A program made the translations under genes and the position numbers. Below are positions 23,450 through 37,498 of a stretch of 64,000 nucleotides of DNA, in pieces; positions within the stretch are counted from its first letter, which is position 1, and each line of letters begins with the position of its first letter. The notes beneath the pieces are model-generated. The model was not told the origin of the DNA and made no database searches. It worked only from the letters and a program-made list of their open reading frames with translations. The stretch lies in the NCBI GenBank assembly GCA_027923505.1, contig BROI01000003.1, positions 496,001-560,000 of the forward strand. Direction: 5' to 3'. The DNA comes from Mayamaea pseudoterrestris. Taxonomy: Eukaryota.

Positions 23450-26400
23450 CTATGGTGCCAACATCCTTTTTCAGTCTGCGCTACAAGATGGTTTGCCTGG
23501 TTGGTGTCTCAGTAGACTGCGATGTGACTGGTGTGATCTTCTCACCAGTCTCAGCCTGCAGAGGCCTTGACATTCAAACGCCCATAAAACATGCCATGTA
23601 TACACCCAAATCACACCAAAATTGTGCCAACATCATAATTCAGTCTGCGCTACAATATGGTATGCCTGGTTGATGTCTCAGTAGACTGCAATATGACTGG
23701 TGAGAACTTCTCACCAGTCTCAGCCCGCAGATGCCTTGACCTTCAATTGCCCCTGTAACATGCCCTGTATACGCCCAAATCACACCAGAATGGTGCCAAC
23801 ATCCTTATTCAGTCGGCGCTTCAAGATTTATTGCCTGGCGGGTGTCTCAGTAGACTGCAATAGGACTGTCATTTGGTTGCCCGTATAACATGCTGTGTAT
23901 ACACCCAAATCACACCAGAATGGTGCCAACATCATCATCAGTCTGTGGTACAACGTGGGTGCCTGGTTGGTGTCTCAGTAGACAGCAATGGGACTAGTGA
24001 CATGTTGTCACTTGGCACCAGTCTGGCCCGCAGGTGCCTTGTCATTGACTTGCCCATACAACATGCACCCAAATCACACTAAAATAGTGCCAACCTCATA
24101 TTAAAGCTGCGCTACAATATGGTATGCCTGGTGGGTGTCTCAGTAGACTGCAATGTGATTGGTGAGACCTTCTCACCAGTCTCAGTCCACAGATGCTATG
24201 ACTTTCAAACACACCTACAGCAGGCCCTGTAGGTGCCCAACTTACACCAGAATGGTGCCAACATTATTTTTCAAGCTGCGCTACAAGATGGTAAGCTTGG
24301 CTGGTGTCTCAGGGGATGACAATGTATTTGGTGACAACTTGTCACCAGTCTCAGCCCGCAGATGCCATGACATTCAAACACACCTCAGCAAGCCCTGTAG
24401 GTACCCAAATTACACCAGAATGGTGCCAACATCATTATTCAGGCTGCGCTACAAGATGGTAAGCTTGGCTGGTGTCTCGGGGGATGGCAATGTATTTGGT
24501 GACAACTTGTCACCAGTCTCAGCCCGCAGATGCCATGACATTCAAACGCCCCTACAGCAGGCCCTGTAGGTGCCCAAATTACACCAGAATGGTGCCAACA
24601 TCATTTTGAAGGCTGCGCTACAAGATGGAAAGCTTGGCTGGTGTCTCAGGGGATGGCAATGTATTTGGTGACAACTTGTCACCAGTCTCAGCCCGCAGAT
24701 GCCATGACATGCAAACGCCCCTACAGCAGGCCCTGTAGGTGCCCAAATTACGCCAGAATGGTGCCAACATCATTTTGAAGGCTGCGCTACAAGATGGAAA
24801 GCTTGGCTGGTGTCTCAGGGGATGGCAATGTATTTGGTGACAACTTGTCACCAGTCTCAGCCTGCAGATGCCATGACATGCAAACGCCCCTACAGCAGGC
24901 CCTGTAGGTGCCCAAATTACGCCAGAATGGTGCCAACATCATTTTGAAGGCTGCGCTACATGATTTCATGCCTGGTTGGTGTCTCAGTAGACTGCAATGT
25001 CTTTGGTGACAACTTGTCACCTGTCTCAGCCCGCAGATGCCATGACATTTAAACACCCCTACAGCAGGCCCTGTAGGTGCCCAACTTACACCAGAATGGT
25101 GCCAACATCATTTTGAAGGCTGCGCTACAAGATGGAAAGCTTGGCTGGTGTCTCAGGGGATGGCAATGTATTTGGTGACAACTTGTCACCAGTCTCAGCC
25201 CGCAGATGCCATGACATGCAAACGCCCCTACAGCAGGCCCTGTAGGTGCCCAAATTACACCAGAATGGTGCCAACATCATTTTGAAGGCTGCGCTACAAG
25301 ATGGTAAGCTTGGCTGGTGTCTCAGGGGATGGCAATGTATTTGGTGACAACTTGTCACTAGTCTCAGCCCGCAGATGCCATGACATTCAATTGCCCCTAT
25401 AACATGGCCTGTATGCACCCAAATCACAACAAAATGGTGCCAACATCATTATTCAGTCTACGCTACATGATTTCATGCCTGGTTGGTGTCTCAGTAGACT
25501 GCAATGTCTTTGGTGACAACTTGTCACCAGTCTCAGCCCGCAGATGCCATGACATTTAAACACCCCTACAGCAGGCCCTGTAGGTGCCCAACTTACACCA
25601 GAATGGTGCCAACATCATTGTTCAGGCTGCGCTACAAGATGGTAGGCTTGGCTGGTGTCTCAGGGGATGGCAATGTATTTTGTGACAACTTGTCACCAGT
25701 CTCAGCCCGCAGATGCCGATACATTCAAACACACCTACAGCAAGCCCTGTAGGTACCCAAATTACACCAGAATGGTGCCAACATCATTATTCAGGCTGTG
25801 CTACTAGATGGTAAGCTTGGCTGGTGTCTCAGGGGATGGTAATGTATTTGGTGACAACTTGTCACCAGTCTCAGCCCGCAGATGCCGTGACATTCAAACG
25901 CCCCTACAGTAAGCCCTGTAAGAGCCCCAGAATGGTGCCAACACCATTTTTCAGGCTGCGCTACAAGATGGTAAGCTTGGCTGGTATCTCGGGGGATGGC
26001 AATGTATTTGGTGACAACTTGTCACCAGTCTCAGCCCGCAGATGTCAGAATATTCAATTGCCCCTATAACATGCCCTGTATACGCCCAAATCCCAGCAGA
26101 ATGCTGCCAACATCATTGTTCAGGCTGCGCTACAAGATGGTAAGCTTGGCTGGTGTCTCGGGGGATGGCAATGTATTTGGTGACAACTTGACACCAGTCT
26201 CAGCCTGCAGATGCCATGACATTCAAATGCCCCTACAGCAGGCCCTGTAGGTGCCCAAATGACACCAGAATAGTGCCAACATCATTTTTCAGGCTGCGCT
26301 ACAAGATGGTAAGCTTGGCTGGTGTCTCAGGGGATGGCAATGTATTTGGTGACAACTTGTCACCAGTCTCAGCCCGCAGATGCTGTGACATTCAAACGCC

Positions 26401-29400
26401 CCTACAGTAAGCCCTGTAAGAGCCCCAGAATGGTGCCAACATCATTTTTCAGGCTGCGCTACAAGATGGTAAGCTTGGCTGGTGTCTCGGGGGATGGCAA
26501 TGTATTTGGTGACAACTTGTCACCAGTCTCAGCCCGCAGATGTCAGAATATTCAATTGCCCCTATAACATGCCGCCCTGTATACGCCCAAATCCCAGCAG
26601 AATGCTGCCAACATCATTTTTCAGGCTGCGCTACAAGATGGTAAGCTTGGCTGGTGTCTCAGGGGATGGCAATGTATTTGGTGACAACTTGTCACCAGTC
26701 TCAGCCCGCAGATGCCATGACATTCAAATGCCCCTACAGCAGGCCCTGTAGGTGCCCAAATGACACCAGAATAGTGCCAACATCATTTTGAAGGCTGCGC
26801 TACAAGATGGTAAGCTTGGCTGGTGTCTCAGGGGATGGTAATGTATTTGGTGACAACTTGTCACCAGTCTCAGCCCGCAGATGCTGTGACATTCAAACGC
26901 CCCTACAGTAAGCCCTGTAAGAGCCCCAGAATGGTGCCAACATCATTTTTCAGGCTGTGCTACAAGATGGTAAGCTTGGCTGGTGTCTCGGGGGATGGCA
27001 ATGTATTTGGTGACAACTTGTCACCAGTCTCAGCCCGCAGATGTCAGAATATTCAATTGCCCCTATAACATGCCCTGTATACGCCCAAATCCCAGCAGAA
27101 TGCTGCCAACATCATTGTTGAGGCTGCGCTACAAGATGGTAAGCTTGGCTGGTAACTCAGGGGATGGCAATGTATTTGGTGACAACTTGTCACCAGTCTC
27201 AGCCCGCAGATGCCATGACATTCAAATGCCCCTACAGCAGGCCCTGTAGGTGCCCAAATGACACCAGAATAGTGCCAACATCATTTTTCAGGCTGCGCTA
27301 CAAGATGGTAAGCTTGGCTGGTGTCTCGGGGGATGGCAATGTATTTGGTGACAACTTGTCACCAGTCTCAGCCCGCAGATGTCAGAATATTCAATTGCCC
27401 CTTTAACATGCCCTGTATACGCCCAAATCCCAGCAGAATGCTGCCAACATCATTGTTGAGGCTGCGCTACAAGATGGTAAGCTTGGCTGGTGTCTCGGGG
27501 GATGGCAATGTATTTGGTGACAACTTGTCACCAGTCTCAGCCCGCAGATGCCATGACATTCAAATGCCCCTACAGCAGGCCCTGTAGGTGCCCAAATGAC
27601 ACCAGAATAGTGTCAACATCATTTTGAAGGCTGCGCTACAAGATGGTAAGCTTGGCTGGTGTCTCAGGGGATGGCAATGTATTTGGTGACAACTTGTCAC
27701 CAGTCTCAGCCCGCAGATGCCATGACTTTCAAACACACCTACAGCAGGCCCTGTAGGTGCCCAAATAACACCAGAATGGTGCCAACATCATTATTCAGGC
27801 TGCGCTACAAGATGGTAAGCTTGGCTGGTAACTCAGGGGACGACAATGTATTTGGTGACAACTTGCACCAGTCTCAGCCCGCAGATGCCATGACATTCAA
27901 ACGCCCCTACAGCAGGCCCTGTAGGTGCCCAAATTACACCAGAATAGTGCCAACATCATTTTTCAGGCTGCGCTACAAGATGGTAAGCTTGGCTGGTGTC
28001 TCGGGGGATGGCAATGTATTTGGTGACAACTTGTCACCAGTCTCAGCCCGCAGATGCCAGAATATTCAATTGCCCCTATAACATGCCCTGTATACGCCCA
28101 AATCCCAGCAGAATGCTGCCAACATCATTGTTCAGGCTGCGCTACAAGATGGTAAGCTTGGCTGGTGTCTCGGGGGATGGCAATGTATTTGGTGACAACT
28201 TGTCACCAGTCTCAGCCTGCAGATGCCATGACATTCAAATGCCCCTACAGCAGGCCCTGTAGGTGCCCAAATTACACCAGAATAGTGCCAACATCATTTT
28301 AAAGGCTGCGCTACAAGATGGTAAGCTTGGCTGGTGTCTCAGGGGATGGCAATGTATTTTGTGACAACTTGTCACCAGTCTCAGCCCGCAGATGCCGTGA
28401 CATTCAAACACACCTACAGCAAGCCCTGTATGCACCCAAATTACACCATAATGGTGCCAACATCATTATTCAGTCTACGCTACAATATTTCATGCCTGGT
28501 TGGTGTCTCAGAAGACTGCAATGTATTTGGTGACAACTTGTCACCAGTTTCAGCCTGCAGATGCCATGACTTTCAAACAAACCTACAGCAGGCCCTGTAG
28601 GTGCCCAAACTACACCATAATGGTGCCAACATCATTATTCAGGCTGCGCTACACGATGGTACGCTTGGCTGGTGTCTCAGGGGACGACAATGTATTTGGT
28701 GACAACTTGTCACCAGTCTCAGCCCGCAGATGCCAGAATATTCAATTGCCCCTATAACATGCCCTGTATACGCCCAAATCCCAGCAGATTGCTGCCAACA
28801 TCATCATTCAGGCTGCGCTACAAGATGGTAAGCTTGGCTGGTGTCTCGGGGGATGGCAATGTATTTGGTGACAACTTGTCACCAGTCTTAGCCCACAGAT
28901 GCCATGACATTCAAATGCCCCTACAGCAGGCCCTGTAGGTGCCCAAACTACACCAGAATAGTGCCAACATCATTTTGAAGGCTGCGCTACAAGATGGTAA
29001 GCTTGGCTGGTGTCTCAGGGGATGGCAATGCATTTGGTGACAACTTGTCACCAGTCTCAGCCCGCAGATGCCATGACATTCAATTGCCCCTATAACATGG
29101 CCTGTATAAACCCAAATTACACCAAAATGGTGCCAACATTATTATTTAGTCTACGCTACAAGATTTCATGCCTGGTTGGTGTCTTAGTAGACTGCAATGT
29201 ATTTGGTGACAACTTGTCACCTGTCTCAGCCCGCAGATGCCATGACTTTCAAACAAACCTACAGCAGGCCCTGTAGGTGCCCAAACTACACCATAATGGT
29301 GCCAACATCAATATTCAGGCTGCGCTACAAGATGGTACGCTTGGCTGGTGTCCCAGGGGACAACAATGTATTTGGTGACAACTTGTCACCAGTCTCAGCC

Positions 29401-31461
29401 CGCAGATGCCAGAATATTCAATTGCCCCTATAACATGCCCTGTATACGCCCAAATCCCAGCAGATTGCTGCCAACATCATTATTCAGGCTGCGCTACAAG
29501 ATGGTAAGCTTGGCTGGTGTCTCGGGGGATGGCAATGTATTTGGTGACAACTTGTCACCAGTCTCAGCCCGCAGATGCCATGACATTCAAATGCCCCTAC
29601 AGCAGGCCCTGTAGGTGCCCAAATTACACCAGAATAGTGCCAACATCATTTTGAAGGCTGCGCTACAAGATGGTAAGCTTGGCTGGTGTCTCAGGGGATG
29701 GCAATGTATTTGGTGACAACTTGTCACCAGTCTCAGCCTTCAGATGCCATGACTTTCAAACACACCTACAGCAGGCCCTGTAGGTGCCCAAATAACACCA
29801 GAATAGTGCCAACATCATTTTTCAGGCTGCGCTACAAGATGGTAAGCTTGGCTGGTAACTCAGGGGACGACAATGTATTTGGTGACAACTTGCACCAGTC
29901 TCAGCCCGCAGATGCCATGACATTCAAACACCCCTACAGCAGGCCCTGTAGGTGCCCAAATTACACCAGAATAGTGCCAACATCATTTTGAAGGCTGCGC
30001 TACAAGATGGTAAGCTTGGCTGGTGTCTCAGGGGATGGCAAGGTATTTGGTGACAACTTGTCACCAGTCTCAGCCCGCAGATGCCATGACATTCAATTGC
30101 CCCTATAACATGGCCTGTATGCACCCAAATCACACCAAAATGGTGCCAACATCATTATTTCGTCTACGCTACAAGATTTCATGCCTGGTTGGTGTCTCAG
30201 TAGACTGCAATGTATTTGGTGACAACTTGTCACCAGTCTCAGCCCGCAGATGCCATGACTTTCAAACAAACCTACAGCAGGCCCTGTAGGTGCCCAAACT
30301 ACACCATAATGGTGCCAACATCATTATTCAGTCTGCGCTACAAGATGGTATGCTTGGCGGGTGTCTCAGGGGATGGCAATGTATTTGGTGACAACTTGTC
30401 ACCAGTCTCAGCCTTCAGATGCCATGACTTTCAAACACACCTACAGCAGGCCCTGTAGGTGCCCAAATAACACCAGAATGGTGCCAACATCATTTTGAAG
30501 GCTGCGCTACAAGATGGTAAGCTTGGCTGGTGTCTCAGGGGATGGCAATGTATTTGGTGACAACTTGTCACCAGTCTCAGCCCGCAGATGCCATGACATT
30601 CAAACACCCCTACAGCAGGCCCTGTAGGTGACCAAATTACACCAGAATGGTGCCAACATCATAAGTTGAGGCTGGGCTACAAGATGGTAAGCTTGGCTGG
30701 TGTCTCAGTAGACTGCAATGTCTTTGGTGACAACTTGTCACCAGTCTCAGCCCACAGATGCCATGACATTCAAACACCCCTACATCAGGCCCTGTAGGTG
30801 CCCAAATTACACCAGAATGGTGCCAACATCATTATTCAGGCTGCGCTACAAGATGGTAAGCTTGGCTGGTAACTCAGGGGACGACAATGTATTTGGTGAC
30901 AACTTGTCACCAGTCTCAGCCCGCAGATGCCATGACTTTCAAACACACCTACAGCAGGCCCTGTAGGTGCCCAAATAACACCAGAATGGTGCCAACATCA
31001 TTATTCAGGCTGCGCTACAAGATGGTAAGCTTGGCTGGTGTCTCAGGGGATGACAATGTATTTGGTGACAACTTGTCACCAGTCTCAGCCTTCAGATGCC
31101 GTGACATTCAAACACACCTACAGCAAGCCCTGTAGGTGCCCAAATTACACCAGAATGGTGCCAACATCATTTTTCAGGCTGCGCTACAAGATGGTAAGCT
31201 TGGCTGGTGTCTCAGGGGATGGCAATGTATTTGGTGACAACTTGTCACCAGTCTCAGCCTGCTGATGCCGTGACGTTCAAACCCCCCTTCAGCAAGCCCT
31301 GTAGGTGCCCAAAATACACAAGAATGGTGCCAACATACATATTCAGGCTGCGCTACAAGATGGTAGGCTTGGCTGGTGTCTCAGGGGATGGCAATGTATT
31401 TGGTGACAACTTGTCACCAGTCTTAGCCTGCAGATGCCATGACATTCAAACACACCTACAG
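23450..31461. repeat. 169-bp satellite array, block 1 (about 47 monomers)
   Basis: Recurring TGGTGACAACTTGTCACCAGTCTCAGCCCGCAGATGCC. The period of 169 is read from ORF-track offsets; 160-bp variants occur. The first ~700 bp are more diverged. Confidence 0.97.
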
Positions 31462-31762
31462 TGACACAATATTATTGAGTTGAGTTGACCTGACCTGCGT
31501 CTCATGACAAGATGGTTAGCTACCTGTGTTTTGTATGCATTTAATCCTGTGCAGGGTTGAGTCACACTTGTGACCAAATCCTCACGTACATGAGTGAAAT
31601 CGCTGACGATCGAGGCGTGAACCTCGACCGTGAACCCAGTGAGAACAACGAAGAAGAGCACGAGTAGAGTAGCGAGTAACATGCACTATTCTAGCAATTG
31701 AGTTTGTTTCTTTGCTTTACGGTGGACAAAGAGGTTGATCACTCCTAGTCCATTGTAGTCGC

Positions 31763-32410
31763 CCCTACTGGACCAGTCTCAGCCTGTAGATGCCTTGACA
31801 TTCTCCCTACAGCAGGCCGTTCCAAAGACGCAGAATGGTACCCAATGTATTGGGTGCAATGATATTGGTAACAACTTGTCACGCAGTCAGCGGTGACATT
31901 CAAACGCCCTCAGAACAGGCCCTTAGAGTACCCAAATGACACCAGAATGGTGCCAACATCATTATTCAGGCTGCGCTACAAGATAGTATGCGTGGCTAGT
32001 GTCTCAGGGGATGGCAATGATATTGGTGACAACTTGTCACCAGTCTCAGCCTGCAGATGCCGTGACATTAAAACGCCCCTACAGCAGGCCCTGTAGGTGC
32101 CCAAAATACACCATAATGGTGCCAACATCATTATTCAGGCTGAGCTACAAGATGATATGCCTGCTGGTGTCTCAGGGGATGGCAATCGACAACTTGTCCC
32201 AGTCTCAGCCCGCAGATGCTGCGTGACATTCAAGCCCCCCTAGCAAGCCATGTGAGGTGCTTAAATACACCAGAATGGTGCCAACTATCATTATTCAGGC
32301 TGCGCTACAAGATGGTATGCTTGGCTAGGTGTCTACAGAGGACGGTAATGTCATTGGTGACAACTTGTCACCAGTCTCACCTGCAGATGCCGTGACATTC
32401 AAGCCCCTAC
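31763..32410. repeat. 169-bp satellite, 3-4 error-rich monomers
   Basis: Same dyad and flanking motifs as block 1, with many indels. Confidence 0.8.
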
Positions 32411-33262
32411 CAGCAAAAGCTAGTGCCCATATATACATGGCTCCGACGGCTTCGGGCTGCGACGAAGAACGTTCGCGACATTAGCATTGACATCAAGAAC
32501 GGCGGATGCCCCCCGTGACGGAAGATTATGACTATCTTTTTGACATGTTGTCGCAGCAGGCTTTGCGCATCGACAACAAGAACGCCAAGTTGAACAAGGG
32601 CAAGAAGAACGCCGACCGCCAAGCGAACAACGCGAACACTTCCGGGCAAGGACGTGGTAATGGACGCGGTTCCGGCCGTGGCGGAGGACGCGGCGGCCAA
32701 GGCGGACGCGGCGCTGGATGAGACGGTGGACGTGGTCCAAGTGAGCCGCGGTTCCGAGGACAGCCTCTCCGCGCCACTACCAGCAGCCGGCACGCGCGCA
32801 TCGGGAACAATTCCCTGGCGATTATCTGAACTTTGAACAGTTGTTGCAGAACCCCTGGTCGTACATGTCGTACGAACGACTCCGGCCGACTTAACGAGAC
32901 GAATACGCTCAGCTCATGGCTCGACGCGAAGCCGTCCCAAGACCCGCCCGCCACAACAAGACGCGCGAACAATGGCAATCGCGCGAATAACCAGCAGTCA
33001 CAAGCGGCTGCATCGGTGCCTGGTACAATCATCAGAATGACGCTGTCTCGACCGCCCGACAGCCACTCAAGGGCACCGGATGACATGATTAGTCTTTGCG
33101 CGGACGCCCTTCTCGCACTCAAGTACGAATAACACCCAGCAAGAGTTTATGGGAAACGCCGGCGCGGTACCGCGCGCAATGGTATCCGTGCGCACACTGT
33201 GAACCGATCGAGCTCGCAACGAGATCGGCGAACCGGGGCGGTGGAGCTCGACTGGAAGCGAT

Positions 33263-36200
33263 ATGAGAATCTTGAGTACTACCAACCACACGTGTAACGT
33301 GACAGGTTTGAGCGACCACACGGTTCGCGACCTTCAAGTCGGAACTGGCGTCGCATTGATTGAGACTCGGACTGGACCCATTATCGGTCAGTTCAACCAG
33401 TATGCTTTGTACGACGGTGCTGAATCCATTCATGCTCCATCGCAGCTTCGTTCGTACGGACATCTGATCGACGACGTCGCTCGCTCCCAGAATGGAGCAC
33501 AAGCCATTGTCACCAGTTGTGGCAAGACCATCCCCTTGGCGATCCGCGACGGCTTGCCTCGTATGGATATGCGTCCGCCGACGGACGCAGAGTTGGAAAT
33601 GTATCCGACGGTCATTTTCTCTGCGGACACCCTTTGGGATCCGGCGGAATTGGATAATGAATGGAACGAAGAAGAACTTGAGTTTAATCGTCGCTTCGAC
33701 GAATTGGAAGAAGCCCACGGTTTCGTCGACGCCCGCATGGATGACTTCGGCGACGCCACCTACCGGAACAACATGAATTCAGTGGAACGTGTGGTGCAGT
33801 ATGTCGATCGCAATCAGGCTGATACGACGCGCCAAGCCAATGCACGACGCATAATGCCACAAGAACCTGACTACCAAGCGCTTCGACCCTACCTTGGCTA
33901 CACGCCACTTGAACGAGTCAAGCGCACCATTAAGAATACGACACAGCTTTTCCGTGCATCGGCACACACCCCATTTCGCCAACACTTTAAGTCGCGATTC
34001 CCTGCCGCCAATGTGGTTCGTTTCCATGACGATACGGCGACAGATACCTGGTTTTCCAAGGAAGCCGCCTTTAACGACGGAATCCGCGGCCATGGCGGAT
34101 GCAAGATGATGCAACTGTTCGTCGGCAAGAAGAGTCTGCTGACGAGGGGATACCCACTGAGAACCGAGAGTGACATGCCCATGGCGCTCGAAGACTTCAT
34201 TCGAGACATTGGCGCTCCCGACTTGCTCATTAGCGATAACTCGCGAGTGCAGCTCGGGAAGCAAGTTGAAACCTTGTTGCGATTCTACGCGATTCGTGAC
34301 CAACAGAGCGAGCCCGGATACCAGAACCAGAACCCTGCCGAGCGTCGCATCCAAGAAGTCAAGTCATCAGTCCAGAACATCATGAACCGTACGGGCGCAC
34401 CCGCTGGAGCCTGGCTCCTATGCGCGCTGTACGTAATCGCCTTATTCAACAATCTGGCGACCGAGTCCCTCAACTGGAAGACCCCTACTGAAGCCGCCTT
34501 CAACCGAGTACCCGACATTTCGCCGTTCCTGCAGTTCAAGTTCTGGGAACGAGTGCCTGTGAAGCTGGAGCCGACGACGCCGCCGACATTTCCTCACACC
34601 AAGGAAGCAGCAGGACGCTGGGTCGGCATTGCAGAACAAGGGTACTTCACCAGTGCCATCGAGCGACGGAATGGTGTCGCCGTTCAACGTTTTCTGGTGA
34701 CGAATCACTACGGAAGCTGAAAGCGCTGAACTCCAGTCCGAACGACCACTGTTCGCAGAACCTTGTTCGACGCGCGCGAACGAAGTCCAACAAAGCTGTC
34801 GACGAGTTTGACGATGATTATGACCTAGTCGGTCCGGTGTTTGAACACGACCTTACACCGACCCCAGCGCCTGATTCTGGGGGAACCGTGGATGAAGACG
34901 CATTCACGTTGGAAAGCGCTGCCGAGTTAGCGTTCGGTGATCCCGACGGACCCATGCCGTCCTTTACTCCGGCTGAACTGATGGGACGCACTGTCCTTCT
35001 TGACGAGGAAGACGGCTCCACGCGACGTTACAAGGTTATCGAGCAACTGAACGATCGCGATGAAGCCAACCACAAGATCATCAAGTTCCGATTGAGTCTC
35101 GGCGACGGCGACGTCGACGAGCTTATTACCTACAACGAACTAGCCGACCTGTGCGAACGGCAAGATTCTTTACGACTGGGGGACGATGACAACGACGACC
35201 AGTACTACAAGTTTGATTTCATTGACGGACATGAAGGTCCACTGACACAAGCCGACGCTACGTATCGCGGCTCATCCTACAACTTGCTCATCCAATGGGC
35301 AAATGGCGAGAAGACCTGGGAGCCACTCGCATTGATTATCAAGTCCGACCCTGTGACCGTTGCCGAGTACGGCAAGCGCAAGGGTATGCTGGACAAGGAT
35401 GGATGGAAGCGCTTGAGGCGCATGGCAGGACGCACTAAACTGTTTAACCGCATGTGCAAGGCTGCAAAGAAGAACCGTGTCCAAGAAGCGCGTTTCAAGT
35501 TTGGCGTTCAAGTTCCTAATACCTGGAAGGAAGCGAACCGCCTCGACGCTGCTAATGGAAACACCCTGTGGGCTGACGCCGTCAAGACTGAGATGGAGCA
35601 GCTACACGAGTACGACACTTTCATCGACAAGGGCATCGGTGCCTTCATGGAAAGTGACTGGAAGCGCATCAACGCGCATCTTGTTTTCGACTGCAAGAAC
35701 GATCTACGACGTAAGGCCCGACTCGTCGCCGGGGGACATTTGACCGCTCCGCCCAAGGACTCCGCCTACTCCGGCGTTGTATCTATGCGAAGCATCCGAA
35801 CCATAGCACTGTTAGCTGAACTGAACGACCTCAAGTTTTGGGCTGCCGATGTCGGTAACGCCTACCTCGAGGCCAAGACCAAGGAAAAGGTCTACATTGT
35901 TGCCGGTCCCGAGTTTGGACCATTGGAAGGCCATACCTTGGTCATCTACAAGGCACTATACGGATTGCGCACTTCTGGCGCGCGTTGGCATGAGCACTTT
36001 GCCGACACACTCCGCGACATTGGATTCTACCCAAGCTACGCGGACCCTGACGTCTGGATGAAAGACTGTGGCACTCACTACGAGTACGTCGGCGTGTTCG
36101 TCGACGATCTGGCTATGGCCATGAAAGATCCACAAGCCTTCACGGACCTCCTCAAGGAGAAGTACAAGTACAAGTTGAAGGGCGTCGGCGACATCAAGTA

Positions 36201-37188
36201 CCACCTTGGAGCCGACTTCTATCGTGATCCCGATGGAACCCTCTGCATGAGCGCGAAGACCTACGTCGGTCGCATGCTCAAGAACTACGAAACCATGTTT
36301 GGCGAGAAGCCACGCAAGCGCAAGTCACCGCTTGACGACGGGGACCACCCCGAACTTGACCTTACCGAAGAGCTGGATGCCCGTGGCATTCAACAGTACC
36401 AGTCTCTTATCGGTGCCCTCCAGTGGGCAGTGACCCTATGTCGACTTGACATTCATTGTGCCGTAATGACACTTGGCCGATTCCGCTGCGCCCCGCGCCG
36501 TGGACACCTGGACCGAGCCAAGCGAGTCTGCGGTTACCTAGCTGAGTACCCTGATGCGGCGATTCGTTTCCGGACGAAGATCGTCGATCACGGGGAACCT
36601 ACCAAGTATGATTGGTTGCAATCGGTCTACGGCAACTCAAGCGAAGAGCTTCCGTGGAACATGCCGATCCCGAAGGGCAAGCCTGTGCAACTAACTACCT
36701 TTATGGACGCGAACCTGTACCATGATTACACTACTGGACGTTCCGCAATGGGAGTCCTGCATTTCCTGAACCAGACGCCCGTCGAATGGTTCTGCAAGCG
36801 TCAGAATACTGTCGAGACTGCAACGTACGGATCCGAGTTCGTCGTCGCCAAGACCGCGACGGAACAGATTATGGATTTCCGATACTCCCTACGCATGTTG
36901 GGAGTTCCTTTGAGTGGACCAGCCTGGATGTTCGGCGACAACGAAAGTGTCAAGAAGTCGTCAACGATCCCGCACTCCACACTTTCTAAGCGACACAATG
37001 CGCTCGCCTACCACCGAGTTCGCGAGGCCATTGCAAGCAATGTTCTGTACTTTGAGCACATCTTCGGCAAGCAGAACGTCGCCGACGTTCTTACCAAGTT
37101 CTTGCCGCATGCCACGTTCCGACCCCTGATCATTCCGATTCTTTTCTGGAAGGGTGATACGGCAAACCGATCGTTGTCACAAGCCTAG
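33263..37188 (+). CDS. CoDi-type Copia Pol: PR C-terminal part, IN, chromodomain-like module, RT, RNase H (broken at ~34560-34830)
   Basis: IN ATDTWF / ISDNS / PAERRI; RT RKARLVAGGH, KALYGLRTSG, VFVDD; RNase H FMDAN, TYGSEF, FGDNES, ADVLTK. The broken segment reads through intact in the copy at 41541-44135. Confidence 0.9.
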
Positions 37189-37498
37189 ATCAAGGGGGAT
37201 GACACAATATTATTGAGTTGAGTTGACCTGCGTCTCATGACAAGACGGTTAGCTACCTGTGTTTTGTATGCATTTAATCCTGTGCAGGGTTGAGTCACAC
37301 TTGTGACCGAATCCTCACATACATGAGTGAAATCGCTGACGATCGAGGCGTGAACCTCGACCGTGAACCCAGTGAGAACGAGAAAGAAGCGCACGAGTAG
37401 AGTAGCGAGTAACATGCACTATTCTAGCAATTGAGTTTGTTTGTTTGCTTTACGCTGGACGAAGAGGTTGATCGCTCCGAGTCCATTGTAGTCGCTGG

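Larger units (their letters stand above)
31462..37498 (+). mobile_element. Copia family A element inside the satellite
   Basis: LTR 31462-~31762 (end missing), gag remnant ~32410-33250, pol 33263-37188, PPT AAGGGGGA 37192-37199, LTR 37200-37498 (last ~30 bp missing). Satellite monomers at ~31763-32410 interrupt it. Confidence 0.88.
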
